From NCBI GenBank assembly GCA_045613125.1, contig JAZLAM010000022.1:77813-141812 (forward strand): a stretch of DNA of 64,000 nucleotides. Reading direction: 5' to 3'. This DNA is from Alphaproteobacteria bacterium (GTDB lineage: Bacteria; Pseudomonadota; Alphaproteobacteria; RF32; CAG-239). The notes beneath the pieces are model-generated. The model did not search any database, was not told the origin of the DNA, and saw nothing but the letters and a program-made list of their open reading frames with translations. The position numbers and the translations under genes were made by a program. Shown here in pieces: positions 7,899 to 17,656 of this stretch (position 1 is the first letter of the stretch; every line of letters starts with the position of its first letter).

Positions 7899-8504
7899 AT
7901 GAAAAAACATATTTTATTAACCACAACGGCAATGTTGTTATCTGCCATAACTCTAAAAGCAAATGCCGATTCAAACAGTGCTCATTTAAATATAGATGCT
8001 TTATTTGTAAAGCCAATGGAGTTGGTTACTGAAAACAACCTTAAATTTGGTATGATTTTAGCCGATGAAGGCGGAAAAACGGTGATTGTGACTCCTAACG
8101 GAGATTTAGGAGAAACATCTACCGCAACTATGATATCTAAAGCATCATATAAAAACAGCTACCAAGGATCTTTTAATGAAGCCCAAATTAGACTAAAAGG
8201 ATTTCTAAATGAAGATTATGATGGTGCTGATTTTTTCGAGCCTAATGAAGAAAATATGAATATGGTATATACAGCAACTTTTGACAACAATGAAGTTGAG
8301 CTAAAAAGCAACACTGAATCTATAACGTGTGGAACAGTTACAGATTTTACTATCAAATATACAGCTGAAGATGATGATGCAATCTTACATGTAGGAGGAA
8401 CCTTAACCACTGCAGATTTGAGAGGCCAAACTAGATCATTAATGTGCCACGGTTCAACCACAGTTACAATAGTTGTAAATGAGGAAACTATGAAAAGTTT
8501 ATAA
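7899..8504 (+). CDS. Secreted/surface protein, paralog A (related to the 44478..45008 gene)
   Basis: Signal peptide MKKHILLTTTAMLLSAITLKANA. Shares KANA, TCGTVT and overall Thr/Ser-rich beta-like composition with paralog B. Same conserved upstream leader. Confidence 0.5.
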   Translation: MKKHILLTTTAMLLSAITLKANADSNSAHLNIDALFVKPMELVTENNLKFGMILADEGGKTVIVTPNGDLGETSTATMISKASYKNSYQGSFNEAQIRLKGFLNEDYDGADFFEPNEENMNMVYTATFDNNEVELKSNTESITCGTVTDFTIKYTAEDDDAILHVGGTLTTADLRGQTRSLMCHGSTTVTIVVNEETMKSL

Positions 8505-8569
8505 TATGTAAACTGATATAACAACCAGATAGATCCCAATTTTAATGGGAAACTATTACAAAAAGAAAC

Positions 8570-8596
8570 CCCCACGTAAAACGTGGGGATTTTTAA
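8570..8596. terminator. Bidirectional rho-independent terminator hairpin (CCCCACGT-AAA-ACGTGGGG) flanked by A/T runs
   Basis: Perfect 8-bp GC-rich stem between convergent genes (7899..8504 plus strand and adk minus strand). Confidence 0.5.
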
Positions 8597-8653
8597 TACG
8601 ACTATATTTTAGCGGACATGAAAATATATCAAGCTAAAATATGTGTTCTTTGC

Positions 8654-9295
8654 TTATTGAAGCAAGATTTCAACAAATTCTGCAGCAAGATCTTTTGCGT
8701 CAACAGATCCGTCAACAACAAGAGCTGCTCTTGATATCCTTGCGATCTGATTCCAAAGAGGTTTTGTGTGAGCATCAAAAGCTGCAAGTCTGTCGTCTAT
8801 AACAGCATCATCTGCTCTTACCACTGAAGGACCGCCACACTTTGGACAAGCACCATCTTTAACACTGTGAGTTGTCTTACAGTGTGCGCACACGCGACGG
8901 TTAGATACACGCTCTTTAATCAGAGCCACATCTGTATCGCGGTGGATTGCGATAATTCTGTAACCCAGCTCTTCTTTAGCCCTGATAATGTCTTGCAATT
9001 GAACCTCTGTGCGAGGATAACCGTCAATAATTTTCAGGCTTTGAGGTTTTTGGAGGGCATTCATCACAAGTTCTGAAACAATCTGATCAGATACAAGACC
9101 GCCTGAATCTAACACTTGTTTGATTTCTTGTCCCAGAGGGGTGCCTGCTGCTTTTTCTGCTCGGAGTAAATCTCCGGTGGAAATGTAAAGAAAGTCAGTA
9201 AAACCTTGCTTTGTCATCTCTTCTGTGATGCACTCACAGACAAATCCTTTGCCGCTACCTGGACGACCAAAAGGAATCAAAATTGTCTTTTCCAT
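8654..9295 (-). CDS. adk: Adenylate kinase with Cys4 zinc-lid
   Basis: P-loop GRPGSGKG; motifs ISTGDLLRAE and IIDGYPRT; lid CAHCKTTHSVKDGACPKCGG; VRADD...RL. Coding GC is visibly higher than the flanks. Confidence 0.85.
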   Translation of the reverse strand: MEKTILIPFGRPGSGKGFVCECITEEMTKQGFTDFLYISTGDLLRAEKAAGTPLGQEIKQVLDSGGLVSDQIVSELVMNALQKPQSLKIIDGYPRTEVQLQDIIRAKEELGYRIIAIHRDTDVALIKERVSNRRVCAHCKTTHSVKDGACPKCGGPSVVRADDAVIDDRLAAFDAHTKPLWNQIARISRAALVVDGSVDAKDLAAEFVEILLQ

Positions 9296-9432
9296 AAAGA
9301 TAAATTTAATTTGATTAATAATTTTAAGTGATATAATAGAATTTATATACCTTTTATATAAAATATTTTTTTAATTTTGTCAATATAAAAAACACCTTAT
9401 TTCTAAGGCGTCGAAAAGTAAAAATAAGAAAA

Positions 9433-11460
9433 TTATGCTGAACCTGTTGTAAATAATTTATAATATTTATAAACTGAACCACCCTCAACGTTCCAACCAA
9501 AATCTTTTCTTAAGGCATTTTGCGTCATCACATTTAACTCTTCACGAAAGTTATAATAACAATTCAGGGCCTTTGATAAAGTATCAGCATATGCATTGGC
9601 ATTGTTTTTTAATTTTTGAGCCACTAAATTTGACCCGTAAACTCTGATTCCTTTAGCAAAAAAGACCTCGGTTCGAAAACCATCTACACCGTTTTTAATT
9701 GTATCAACCAAACCACCGGTAGAAGTTGCAATCGGTAAAGCTCCTTTTGCCATAGCTTCCATTTGAGTTAATCCACAAGGTTCAAAACGCGAAGGCATCA
9801 TATAAAAATCAGCAGCCAGTTGAACGGCATATGCAAACTCATCTCGATAACCTCTGAAAACAAAAATTCTTTTAGCAGCTTTTTTATCAATTTTTTTAAT
9901 CTCTTCTTTTAAATTCTGTAACTTTTTATAAAGTTCCAAATCACCGGCCCCGCCCATTACAAAAATTGGAGCTTCATAGCCTTTATCTACATTGTCTTGA
10001 ATGGTTTGAAGAATGGCTTTTGCGGCAATGTCATAACCTTTTTGTTCAACTAAACGACTTGTTGCACACAAAAAAGGAACTTTATCTGCTTTTTTAATTA
10101 ATGAAGAAATATCTTCAAAATCATGCAAATCGGTAAGAGGTAAAACTTTTTGTTTATAATCAGCATCTGTAGCTAATTTTGATAACAATCTAATGCACTC
10201 TTTTTTATTGTTTAATTTGTTTTTTAAGGAGTTTTCATCAAAAACTTTGAAATTAAAACCATCGAAATATTCATTTATATGATTAATTTTTTTCTCATTA
10301 GGAGAAATAAGATTCTTATCATAACCATTAACGATACCGAAAAATGTACGGTGATCTTTTCTTATTTTTAATACATCTCTAAAATCAAGCCCCAAACCCA
10401 ACTCTGTTGAAACTTCTTCACGATAGTTTTTGGAGACTGTAACCACCCTGTCAGCAAGATGAAAACTTGCTGAGGCCTGATTGTAACAGTCAAATACGAT
10501 AAGAGAATTTGTTGTTCTTTCATTGCTGTTTTTTATAGCTTTTGCATTCTTAAAAATAAGTTTTGTATTATCTTCATACAGAGAATTTAATAACCTTGCC
10601 GTATTCGGATAATCCCATCCTTGATAACCTAAGTGATGTGCAATGTGAATAATCGGAATATTTCTAATTTGTTCAGCAACCGATTCTTCAAGAGTTTTTC
10701 TGTAAGATTCAGCAATTGTAGAATATTTACAAAGTCCGGTTAATGCACCAATATGCCAGTCATTGGCAATTAATATATTTGGCATATTTAACAATCTGAT
10801 TTTATTTTGAGCACAGTCTTTCAACAAAACATACACGGCTTTTGAGAAAAAAGCAAAACGCTCAACTTCATTTACATTGTTTTCATTTTGGACATAACAA
10901 CCATCTTGTGTTGAAGGGTTTTCCGGATGTGGATTGATGGAAAAAAAGTAATCGTTCTTTATAAAAATATAATCTACACCGTTAAAATGTGCTGTATAAA
11001 CTTCGGCTTTATTATTAGAAAGCTCATCTTCAGACTTAAAAAACGGAACATTTATTGATGCGATATGTTTTACATCTACACAAATATTTTGCGAACCTTT
11101 GTACGTTTTGCCGTCAAATACGGAAGATTTTTTACCGGTGTTTCCAGTATACATTGGTGTAACTATTGATATTTTATGATTTTGATTTGCAAATGTTTTA
11201 TTAAAATTATCAGGCAACTCGGAAGCAACCATTCCCAGCCCCCCCCATTTCATAAAAGTGGCGGTTTCGGCAGAAAGCATCCAAGCATCTGTATTTTCAA
11301 TTTGAGGCCACTCATTTTTTCCCAAACACTGGTGTTTAGCCATATGCTGAATATCTACACAATGTTTTTCGTTAGTCTTTTGAAAAACATTATAATTTTT
11401 TTTACGATTAAAATCCGAGGATAAAAAACCTGTCGATAGCGATTTTTTAAGAGTGTCCAT
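9433..11460 (-). CDS. glgA: Glycogen/starch synthase-like GT5 glycosyltransferase (long form, 675 aa)
   Basis: KWGGLGMVASELP (KTGGLGDV-type), PSRFEPCGLTQMEAMAKG and STGGLVDTIKNG are GlgA hallmarks. Confidence 0.7.
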   Translation of the reverse strand: MDTLKKSLSTGFLSSDFNRKKNYNVFQKTNEKHCVDIQHMAKHQCLGKNEWPQIENTDAWMLSAETATFMKWGGLGMVASELPDNFNKTFANQNHKISIVTPMYTGNTGKKSSVFDGKTYKGSQNICVDVKHIASINVPFFKSEDELSNNKAEVYTAHFNGVDYIFIKNDYFFSINPHPENPSTQDGCYVQNENNVNEVERFAFFSKAVYVLLKDCAQNKIRLLNMPNILIANDWHIGALTGLCKYSTIAESYRKTLEESVAEQIRNIPIIHIAHHLGYQGWDYPNTARLLNSLYEDNTKLIFKNAKAIKNSNERTTNSLIVFDCYNQASASFHLADRVVTVSKNYREEVSTELGLGLDFRDVLKIRKDHRTFFGIVNGYDKNLISPNEKKINHINEYFDGFNFKVFDENSLKNKLNNKKECIRLLSKLATDADYKQKVLPLTDLHDFEDISSLIKKADKVPFLCATSRLVEQKGYDIAAKAILQTIQDNVDKGYEAPIFVMGGAGDLELYKKLQNLKEEIKKIDKKAAKRIFVFRGYRDEFAYAVQLAADFYMMPSRFEPCGLTQMEAMAKGALPIATSTGGLVDTIKNGVDGFRTEVFFAKGIRVYGSNLVAQKLKNNANAYADTLSKALNCYYNFREELNVMTQNALRKDFGWNVEGGSVYKYYKLFTTGSA

Positions 11461-11612
11461 TTTTGCTTCCTTAGTATAAATAATATAGCCCAGTATAGCA
11501 CTATATTTGTAAAAGACAATATAAAAAAGAATTTATCTTCTTGACTTGTGAATGTATAATCACTAAGTTTATAATATGTATTAAGCATGCTTCAATATTA
11601 AAGGGGTATTAA

Positions 11613-12149
11613 ATGAAAAAAGAAGACGATTTAAGTGAAAATATAACAGAAAACGAAGAAATAACCGAGCAAGAAACACTTGCTGATGATGTAGTGTTAA
11701 AACTTGCTGAAGAAAATCAAAAATTAAAAGATGAATTTTTAAGAGCTTTAGCAGAAAGTGAAAATGTTAAAAAACGCTGTGCTACAGAAATTGAAAAAAA
11801 TAACAAGTATGCAATTTCAACTTTTGCAAAAAATATATTAAGTGTCGCAGATAATCTAAGGCGAGCATTGAGTGCTGTCGAAAATGCTAAAAGTGAAGAT
11901 TGTGAAGGTTTGCGCAAAGGTGTAGAACTTACCCTTAATGAACTTAATAAAATTTTTGAAAAGTTTGGTGTTATTGAAATGAAAATTATGGATACGGTTT
12001 TTGATCCGAATTTTCATCAGGTGGTGCAAGAAGTTGAAGATAATACAAAACCTAATGGCACCATAATTGCCGAACTGCAAAAGGGTTATATGATAAATGA
12101 CAGAATTTTGCGCGAAGCAATGGTTGTCGTAACAAAGGGCGGAAAATAA
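11613..12149 (+). CDS. grpE: Nucleotide exchange factor GrpE
   Basis: LRALAESENVKKR, ADNLRRAL, and a C-terminal beta domain (...YMINDRILREAMVVV). Confidence 0.85.
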   Translation: MKKEDDLSENITENEEITEQETLADDVVLKLAEENQKLKDEFLRALAESENVKKRCATEIEKNNKYAISTFAKNILSVADNLRRALSAVENAKSEDCEGLRKGVELTLNELNKIFEKFGVIEMKIMDTVFDPNFHQVVQEVEDNTKPNGTIIAELQKGYMINDRILREAMVVVTKGGK

Positions 12150-12233
12150 TCAATTTTTTCAAAAATGCACAAAATTGTGAAGTAAAGTTAAAATATATTT
12201 CACTATTTTAATAATTTGTTTATAATTGCCCCT

Positions 12234-13361
12234 ATGAAAAAATTAAATTCATATATATTCCGTCAAATATGGGTCGGATTTTTCTTGGTTGCGTTTTCGC
12301 TTTTATCGATGCTATGGCTAACGCAATCGTTGAGGTTTATTGAAATGGTAACAAATAAGGGGTTACCATTGCGACTTTTTGTTGAACTTACATCGCTTCT
12401 TATGCCAAGATTGTTTTCTATACTTTCTCCTATTGCTGTTTTTGCATCGGTTATGTTTGTATACAATAGGATGTTGGCTGATAGAGAGCTTATTATTATG
12501 CAGGCAGCCGGTATAAGCCCGTGGAAAAATGCGAGAGCTTCTATCTATGTAGGAATAATTTTATCATTTTTTAGTATATATGTTCAAAATATTGGCATAC
12601 CTGCTGCTGAGAATTCATTTCGTAATTTAGAATGGGAAATAAAAAACAATGTTTCACACCTTATGTTTCGAGAGGGTGAGTTTAATACTATACAGGGCAA
12701 TATGACTGTTTTTATCTCCAATCATGAAGATGATGGTTCTGTTTCGGGAATTTTGGTTCATGATGAAAAAAATCCGGAAAAGAAAGTTACATTATCGGCA
12801 GAAAAAGGCAGAATAGTTTATACTCAAACAGGGCCAAAAATTTTGTTGATAAAGGGCGAGCGTCAGGAAATAAATAAAAATAATGGGCAATTTTCTTCAT
12901 TACAATTTGAACGTTATTCAGTAGATTTTGGAATCATGGGTGGTAAAAAAATAAAACAAGCATCTGTTCGTGAAAAAAATTTATGGCAATTGTTAAATGC
13001 TGATAAAGACACAAATTTAAGCGATGAGGATAAAAGAAAATATATCGTAGAAGGGCATAGAAGATTGATAACTCCTTGGTATAATCTGCTTTTCGCATTG
13101 CTTGCATGTACTGGCTTATTAATTGGTAATTTTAATCGTAGAGGACAAAGTAAAATTATATTTTTAAGCATCTCTTTCATGATTTTGATACAAGGCGGAG
13201 ATTTGATACTAACTAATTTAGCCGGGCGTTCATTACTCTTTTTACCGATGCTCTATATTAATTGTTTGTTTCCTTTGGGAATATGTGTTTATTTATTGCT
13301 GTTTTATAATCCGTTTTTTTGGGTTAGATATGGAAAGAGTAAGGTTTTTGATTATGTTTAG
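12234..13361 (+). CDS. LPS export permease LptF/LptG family (YjgP/YjgQ)
   Basis: MKKLNSYIFRQIWVGFFLVAF... with 6 TM helices and a periplasmic beta-jellyroll segment; adjacent to lptD. Confidence 0.7.
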   Translation: MKKLNSYIFRQIWVGFFLVAFSLLSMLWLTQSLRFIEMVTNKGLPLRLFVELTSLLMPRLFSILSPIAVFASVMFVYNRMLADRELIIMQAAGISPWKNARASIYVGIILSFFSIYVQNIGIPAAENSFRNLEWEIKNNVSHLMFREGEFNTIQGNMTVFISNHEDDGSVSGILVHDEKNPEKKVTLSAEKGRIVYTQTGPKILLIKGERQEINKNNGQFSSLQFERYSVDFGIMGGKKIKQASVREKNLWQLLNADKDTNLSDEDKRKYIVEGHRRLITPWYNLLFALLACTGLLIGNFNRRGQSKIIFLSISFMILIQGGDLILTNLAGRSLLFLPMLYINCLFPLGICVYLLLFYNPFFWVRYGKSKVFDYV

Positions 13362-15624
13362 TTGTTCAAATAAAATATTTTTTTCTGTATTGTTTATGAT
13401 TTTTTTGATTAGTCATGCATATGCAACATATCCTGTTGCCGGAGAGAAATTAAAAAAACAAGAAACAACTCCTTATTTTGAAGTTGAGCCTACGCGTAAT
13501 ATTACAGATATTGTACCTCCTGTAGAAAAAGGTGAGGCAGAACCTGATATTTATTTTGTGGCAGATGAACTTATAAGCAATGACAAAGATAAAATTTTGG
13601 AAGCTAAAGGTGATGTGATTATTCGTCGTTCAAATTTAACATTATACACAGATAGACTTGTATACGAACAAGAAACAGATAATATTATTGCTATCGGCAA
13701 CGTTAGATTAGAAGAACAAGACGGACATGTAGTTTACGCAGATAGGGTAAATTTGGCAAATAAGATGTCCAAAGTTGAAATGAATAAAATTAAGGTTATT
13801 TTAAGTGATGAAACCCAAATTTGGGCTGATCAGTTTAGAAAAAAAGAAAATGACAACAAAATTATGCGCAATGCATTGTATACTCCATGTGATTTTTGTG
13901 AAGATACAGAAAAACCATTATGGCAAATAAGAGCCAGAAAAGTTACCCATGATGCCCAAAGGAAAGATATAAATTATAATGATGCGTTTTTAGATATAAA
14001 AGGTGTACCTGTATTGTATACTCCGTTTTTATCACATCCTGATCCTACTGTTAGACGCCGTTCTGGTTTTTTAACCCCTAATATCGGAAGTAGTAATTAT
14101 TTAGGAGGAACTCTTCAATTAAACTACTTTTGGGATATAAATAATAATTCGGATTTATTACTTTCACCTATACTTACCACAGATAAAGATATAGTATGGG
14201 GGGGAAGATATAGGGGCTATTTTACCAATGGTTATCTTAATTTTGAAGGTACATATCTTAAAGATGATAACGAGCAAAGAGGAGATCATAGAGGAAACCT
14301 GTTTGCTAGGACGAGATATGAAATAAATGATTTTTGGGTAGCTGATGCTGATATAAATTATGCCTCTGATAGTTTATATTTAAAAGAACTTAATTTATCT
14401 GGTGAAGATAATGCTTGGCTAAACTCAAATGTAAAATTTCAACGTTTTGAAAATCGAAATTATGCTTTAGTTGAAGCTCTTTATTATAAACTTATAAGTT
14501 ACGATTTAAGAGAACACAATGTTTCGGAATATGCCAGAATGAAATATAACAAACCATTAGTTATTCCATTTGTAGAATATGAGTTTATGAGTGATATTAA
14601 TAAGATAGGTTCATACTGGAAAAATAACTTTAGTTGGGCTTCTGTATATCATGAAGGAGATAATTCATCCCATAGGTTTACAATGATAAATTCTTGGAAT
14701 CTTCCGTGGATCAGTCCTTTCGGAGAAAGATATAAAATTGTAGCTTCTTTGAAATCTGACGCATATTATGTTGATGGATATTCTGAAGTTGGTACTACAA
14801 AGAATTATTCCGGAGATGTTGTAAGAATTTTTCCTCAACTTGGGATTGAATGGAAGCTTCCATTAGTTAAAGCCACAGAAGATTCCAGACAAATTATTGA
14901 GCCTATTATCGTTGGTGTTTTAGCACCAAATGGTGGAAGTAAAACTGATAAAATCCCTAATGAGGACAGTGAAGATGTAGAACTTGATGATACTAACATT
15001 CTTGACTTGGATCGTTATTCCGGATACGATCGTAATGATAACGGTAGTCGTATAACTTATGGATTAAATTGGAGTTCTTATGGAGAAATGATGGGAAGAA
15101 CTTCTGCGTTTATTGCGCAAACATATCATTTTAACAAAAGCAACAGTTTTGCAAAAAGTATTGAAAATGAAGGATATTTTTCAGATTATGTAGGTAGAAT
15201 TTATGCTGCTCCTTCAGATAACTTAGATTTAAATTATCGTTTTCGTTTAGATAAAGATAGCTACAAATTACAATATAGCGAACTCGGAGCTAAAATGGGG
15301 AACGATTTGTTGAATATGTATATTTCATATATATATTTACAAAAAAATAAAAACGCCACAGAACTTTTCGATAAACGAAGAGAATTGTACACTTCTGTAA
15401 AAGCATCTTTAACAAGAGATTGGTCAGTAAGTGTATATAACAGGCAAGATTTATCCGGTTCCGGAAAATCCTTAGAACATGGTGGAAATTTAATATACGA
15501 AGACGAATGTTTTAAGTTTATAACTACTGTTAAAAAATATAATTCAAATGATCCTAGTTTGGATAATGATTATGAGTTTAATTTTACCTTTTATCTTAAA
15601 ACATTAGGTGGTGTCGGAGCATAA
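13330..15624 (+). CDS. lptD: LPS assembly outer-membrane protein LptD (OstA/Imp)
   Basis: About 765 aa with a signal peptide (MFSCSNKIFFSVLFMIFLISHAYA), an OstA N-terminal domain and a beta-barrel C-terminus. The exact start (13330 or 13354) is uncertain and overlaps the lptF/G stop. Confidence 0.8.
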   Translation: MERVRFLIMFSCSNKIFFSVLFMIFLISHAYATYPVAGEKLKKQETTPYFEVEPTRNITDIVPPVEKGEAEPDIYFVADELISNDKDKILEAKGDVIIRRSNLTLYTDRLVYEQETDNIIAIGNVRLEEQDGHVVYADRVNLANKMSKVEMNKIKVILSDETQIWADQFRKKENDNKIMRNALYTPCDFCEDTEKPLWQIRARKVTHDAQRKDINYNDAFLDIKGVPVLYTPFLSHPDPTVRRRSGFLTPNIGSSNYLGGTLQLNYFWDINNNSDLLLSPILTTDKDIVWGGRYRGYFTNGYLNFEGTYLKDDNEQRGDHRGNLFARTRYEINDFWVADADINYASDSLYLKELNLSGEDNAWLNSNVKFQRFENRNYALVEALYYKLISYDLREHNVSEYARMKYNKPLVIPFVEYEFMSDINKIGSYWKNNFSWASVYHEGDNSSHRFTMINSWNLPWISPFGERYKIVASLKSDAYYVDGYSEVGTTKNYSGDVVRIFPQLGIEWKLPLVKATEDSRQIIEPIIVGVLAPNGGSKTDKIPNEDSEDVELDDTNILDLDRYSGYDRNDNGSRITYGLNWSSYGEMMGRTSAFIAQTYHFNKSNSFAKSIENEGYFSDYVGRIYAAPSDNLDLNYRFRLDKDSYKLQYSELGAKMGNDLLNMYISYIYLQKNKNATELFDKRRELYTSVKASLTRDWSVSVYNRQDLSGSGKSLEHGGNLIYEDECFKFITTVKKYNSNDPSLDNDYEFNFTFYLKTLGGVGA

Positions 15625-15627
15625 ATT

Positions 15628-16818
15628 ATGGGAGAATATAAAATGTTAGGTTTTTTCAGTTTTTTAATAACTGTTTTAATATATACTTCTTCTTTTGCAC
15701 AAAGTTTTGATGCAAATATGGTAGATGCTATGGCTAGAAATTCAAAATCTGATTCTATTATGTTTCGTCATAAAAATCCTGCAGAACAGATGCAAAGAAG
15801 AGCTTATGAAGAGGAAATGAGTCGTCGTGCTGAATATGAAGAACAAATGCAAAGAAGAGCATATGAAGAAGAGATGCGCCGTCGTGCCGAATATGAAGAG
15901 CAGATGAGACAAGAAGAAATGCGCCGTAGGGAAGAAGCTTTAAAACCTGTAAATTTGTTTGGAAATAGTGTGAAAATTTTTGCAGAAGTTAATGGAGAAA
16001 TTATTACAAGCAGTGATATGCAAGACAGAATTAATGCTTTTGTAGTTACCACTCAAATACCTGTCAATGACCAAACAAAAAATATGATTATAGAAAAAGT
16101 TTTACAATCGGCCATCGATGAAAAACTAAAATTACAAGAAGCTCAGAATAATTCTATTAAAATTTCACCGGAAGAACTTAATGCAGGTATGGTTAACTTT
16201 GCCAAATCAAACAACATATCTGTTGATCAGCTGAGACAAGTGTTAAAAAAAGCTCAAGTAAACGAAGATGTGTTTCGCTCGCAAATGAAAGCTGAAATGG
16301 TTTGGTCTCGTTTGGTTCAGAAAAAAGCTGCTCAAAATGCCATCATATCCCGAAATGAAATTAAATCAGCTATGGAAACAATGGAAAAAGATATACAAAA
16401 ACATAAATTTTTAGTTTCAGAAATTGTAATTTCAAAAGATAAAGCGAACGGGATTGAGCATTTAGTTGACAACTTACGCAATGATCCTAGGTTTGAGTTG
16501 TATGCTATGCAGTTTTCTGAAGGTTTAAGTGCTAAAAACGGTGGTCACATTGGTTGGGTAAATAAAGGTCAACTAACTGAACAACTTGATAAAGCTCTTC
16601 TTAATATGAAAGAAGGGGAAATATCTGATCCGATATTGTTAGGAAAAAATTACTATATATTAAAGCTGGAAAAGGTTTATATTCCGGGATCTGATAAAGC
16701 ACCTGTTGTAGATGAGGCTCAAGTACGTAAGATGCTTGAAAACAAAAAAATTGAAGAAATTGCGGAAAAATATATTCGCGATTTAAGAAATAAGGCTATT
16801 ATAAATCGTAAGGCATAA
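15628..16818 (+). CDS. surA: Periplasmic chaperone/PPIase SurA with an internal charged tandem repeat
   Basis: Signal peptide. Parvulin motif GGHIGWVNKGQL plus a SurA N-domain. Contains the 19-aa repeat QMQRRAYEEEMSRRAEYEE x2.3. Confidence 0.8.
   Translation: MGEYKMLGFFSFLITVLIYTSSFAQSFDANMVDAMARNSKSDSIMFRHKNPAEQMQRRAYEEEMSRRAEYEEQMQRRAYEEEMRRRAEYEEQMRQEEMRRREEALKPVNLFGNSVKIFAEVNGEIITSSDMQDRINAFVVTTQIPVNDQTKNMIIEKVLQSAIDEKLKLQEAQNNSIKISPEELNAGMVNFAKSNNISVDQLRQVLKKAQVNEDVFRSQMKAEMVWSRLVQKKAAQNAIISRNEIKSAMETMEKDIQKHKFLVSEIVISKDKANGIEHLVDNLRNDPRFELYAMQFSEGLSAKNGGHIGWVNKGQLTEQLDKALLNMKEGEISDPILLGKNYYILKLEKVYIPGSDKAPVVDEAQVRKMLENKKIEEIAEKYIRDLRNKAIINRKA
15787..15936 (+). repeat. 57-bp in-frame tandem repeat (about 2.6 copies) inside surA
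   Basis: cagatgcaaagaagagcttatgaagaggaaatgagtcgtcgtgctgaatatgaagaa is repeated with a few substitutions, followed by a partial third unit. Confidence 0.6.
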
Positions 16819-16819
16819 T

Positions 16820-17650
16820 ATGGACTTTAAATTATCACTTAAGAATACGATTGAAAAATATGGCCTTATGGCAAAAAAATCATTAGGTCAGAATTTTTTG
16901 TTAAACCAAAATATTCCCGATAAAATTATCAGATGTTCTCTTGAAAAACAAAATTTAAAAGATTTTCAAGATAGTATTGTTTATGAAATTGGTCCCGGTC
17001 CGGGTGGCCTGACAAGAGCCATAATAAGCAACAACCCTAAAAAACTTACGGTTGTTGAAATGGATAATCGTTGTATACAAATTATGGAAGACTTAAAAGA
17101 AGAAACAAATGCAAACATGGATATAATAAATGCTGATGCCTTAAAAACAGATTTTTCAATTCTTGAGGGTCAAAATAAGCAGATAATCAGCAATTTACCT
17201 TATAATATATCAGTTCCCTTGCTTATCGGTTGGCTTAAAAAAATGCAACATTATCAGGGGTTGACTTTAATGTTTCAAAAAGAAGTTGCAGAGCGTATTT
17301 TATCTCCTATAAAAACTAAAAACTATGGCAGAATTTCTGTTTTGGCTCAATTATGCGCAAAAGTTGAAAAATTGTTTGATATTAGTCCTGAATGTTTTGT
17401 ACCTGCACCAAAAATTTGGTCAACTGTTTTATTGTTTCAACCCTCAGATGATATCAAAGATGCGCAAATTATGGAAAAAGTTGAACTTCTAACCGAAAAA
17501 GCATTCGGACAACGTCGTAAGATGATCAGACAGAGCTTAAAATCTATTGCAAATATTGATAAGGCATGTGAAGTTGCCGGAGTTAATATGACAATGAGAG
17601 CGGAAGAAATCAGCCCTGAGCAATATTACAAAATTGCAGAAAATATATAA
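16820..17650 (+). CDS. rsmA: 16S rRNA (adenine1518/1519-N6)-dimethyltransferase RsmA/KsgA
   Basis: KSLGQNFLLNQNIPDKII, EIGPGPGGLT, and conserved surA-ksgA synteny. Confidence 0.85.
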   Translation: MDFKLSLKNTIEKYGLMAKKSLGQNFLLNQNIPDKIIRCSLEKQNLKDFQDSIVYEIGPGPGGLTRAIISNNPKKLTVVEMDNRCIQIMEDLKEETNANMDIINADALKTDFSILEGQNKQIISNLPYNISVPLLIGWLKKMQHYQGLTLMFQKEVAERILSPIKTKNYGRISVLAQLCAKVEKLFDISPECFVPAPKIWSTVLLFQPSDDIKDAQIMEKVELLTEKAFGQRRKMIRQSLKSIANIDKACEVAGVNMTMRAEEISPEQYYKIAENI

Positions 17651-17656
17651 AAAAAA

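Noticed and set aside
8654-9295. adk as a horizontally transferred gene because of elevated GC
   Set aside because: Other conserved housekeeping genes in the window (infB, nusA, adhE, deoA) are also visibly GC-richer than the intergenic and accessory DNA. Without a computed genome-wide GC and codon-usage baseline, the difference is explained by coding constraint.
11541-11560. TTGACT...TATAAT pair upstream of grpE as a sigma-70 promoter
   Set aside because: The spacer is only 8 nt, which is incompatible with a functional -35/-10. No CIRCE or clear sigma-32 consensus was seen either.
13285-13353. The LptD N-terminal extension from the track ORF start (13285)
   Set aside because: It overlaps the LptF/G 3' end in another frame. 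The signal peptide begins at the internal Met residues (13330 or 13354).
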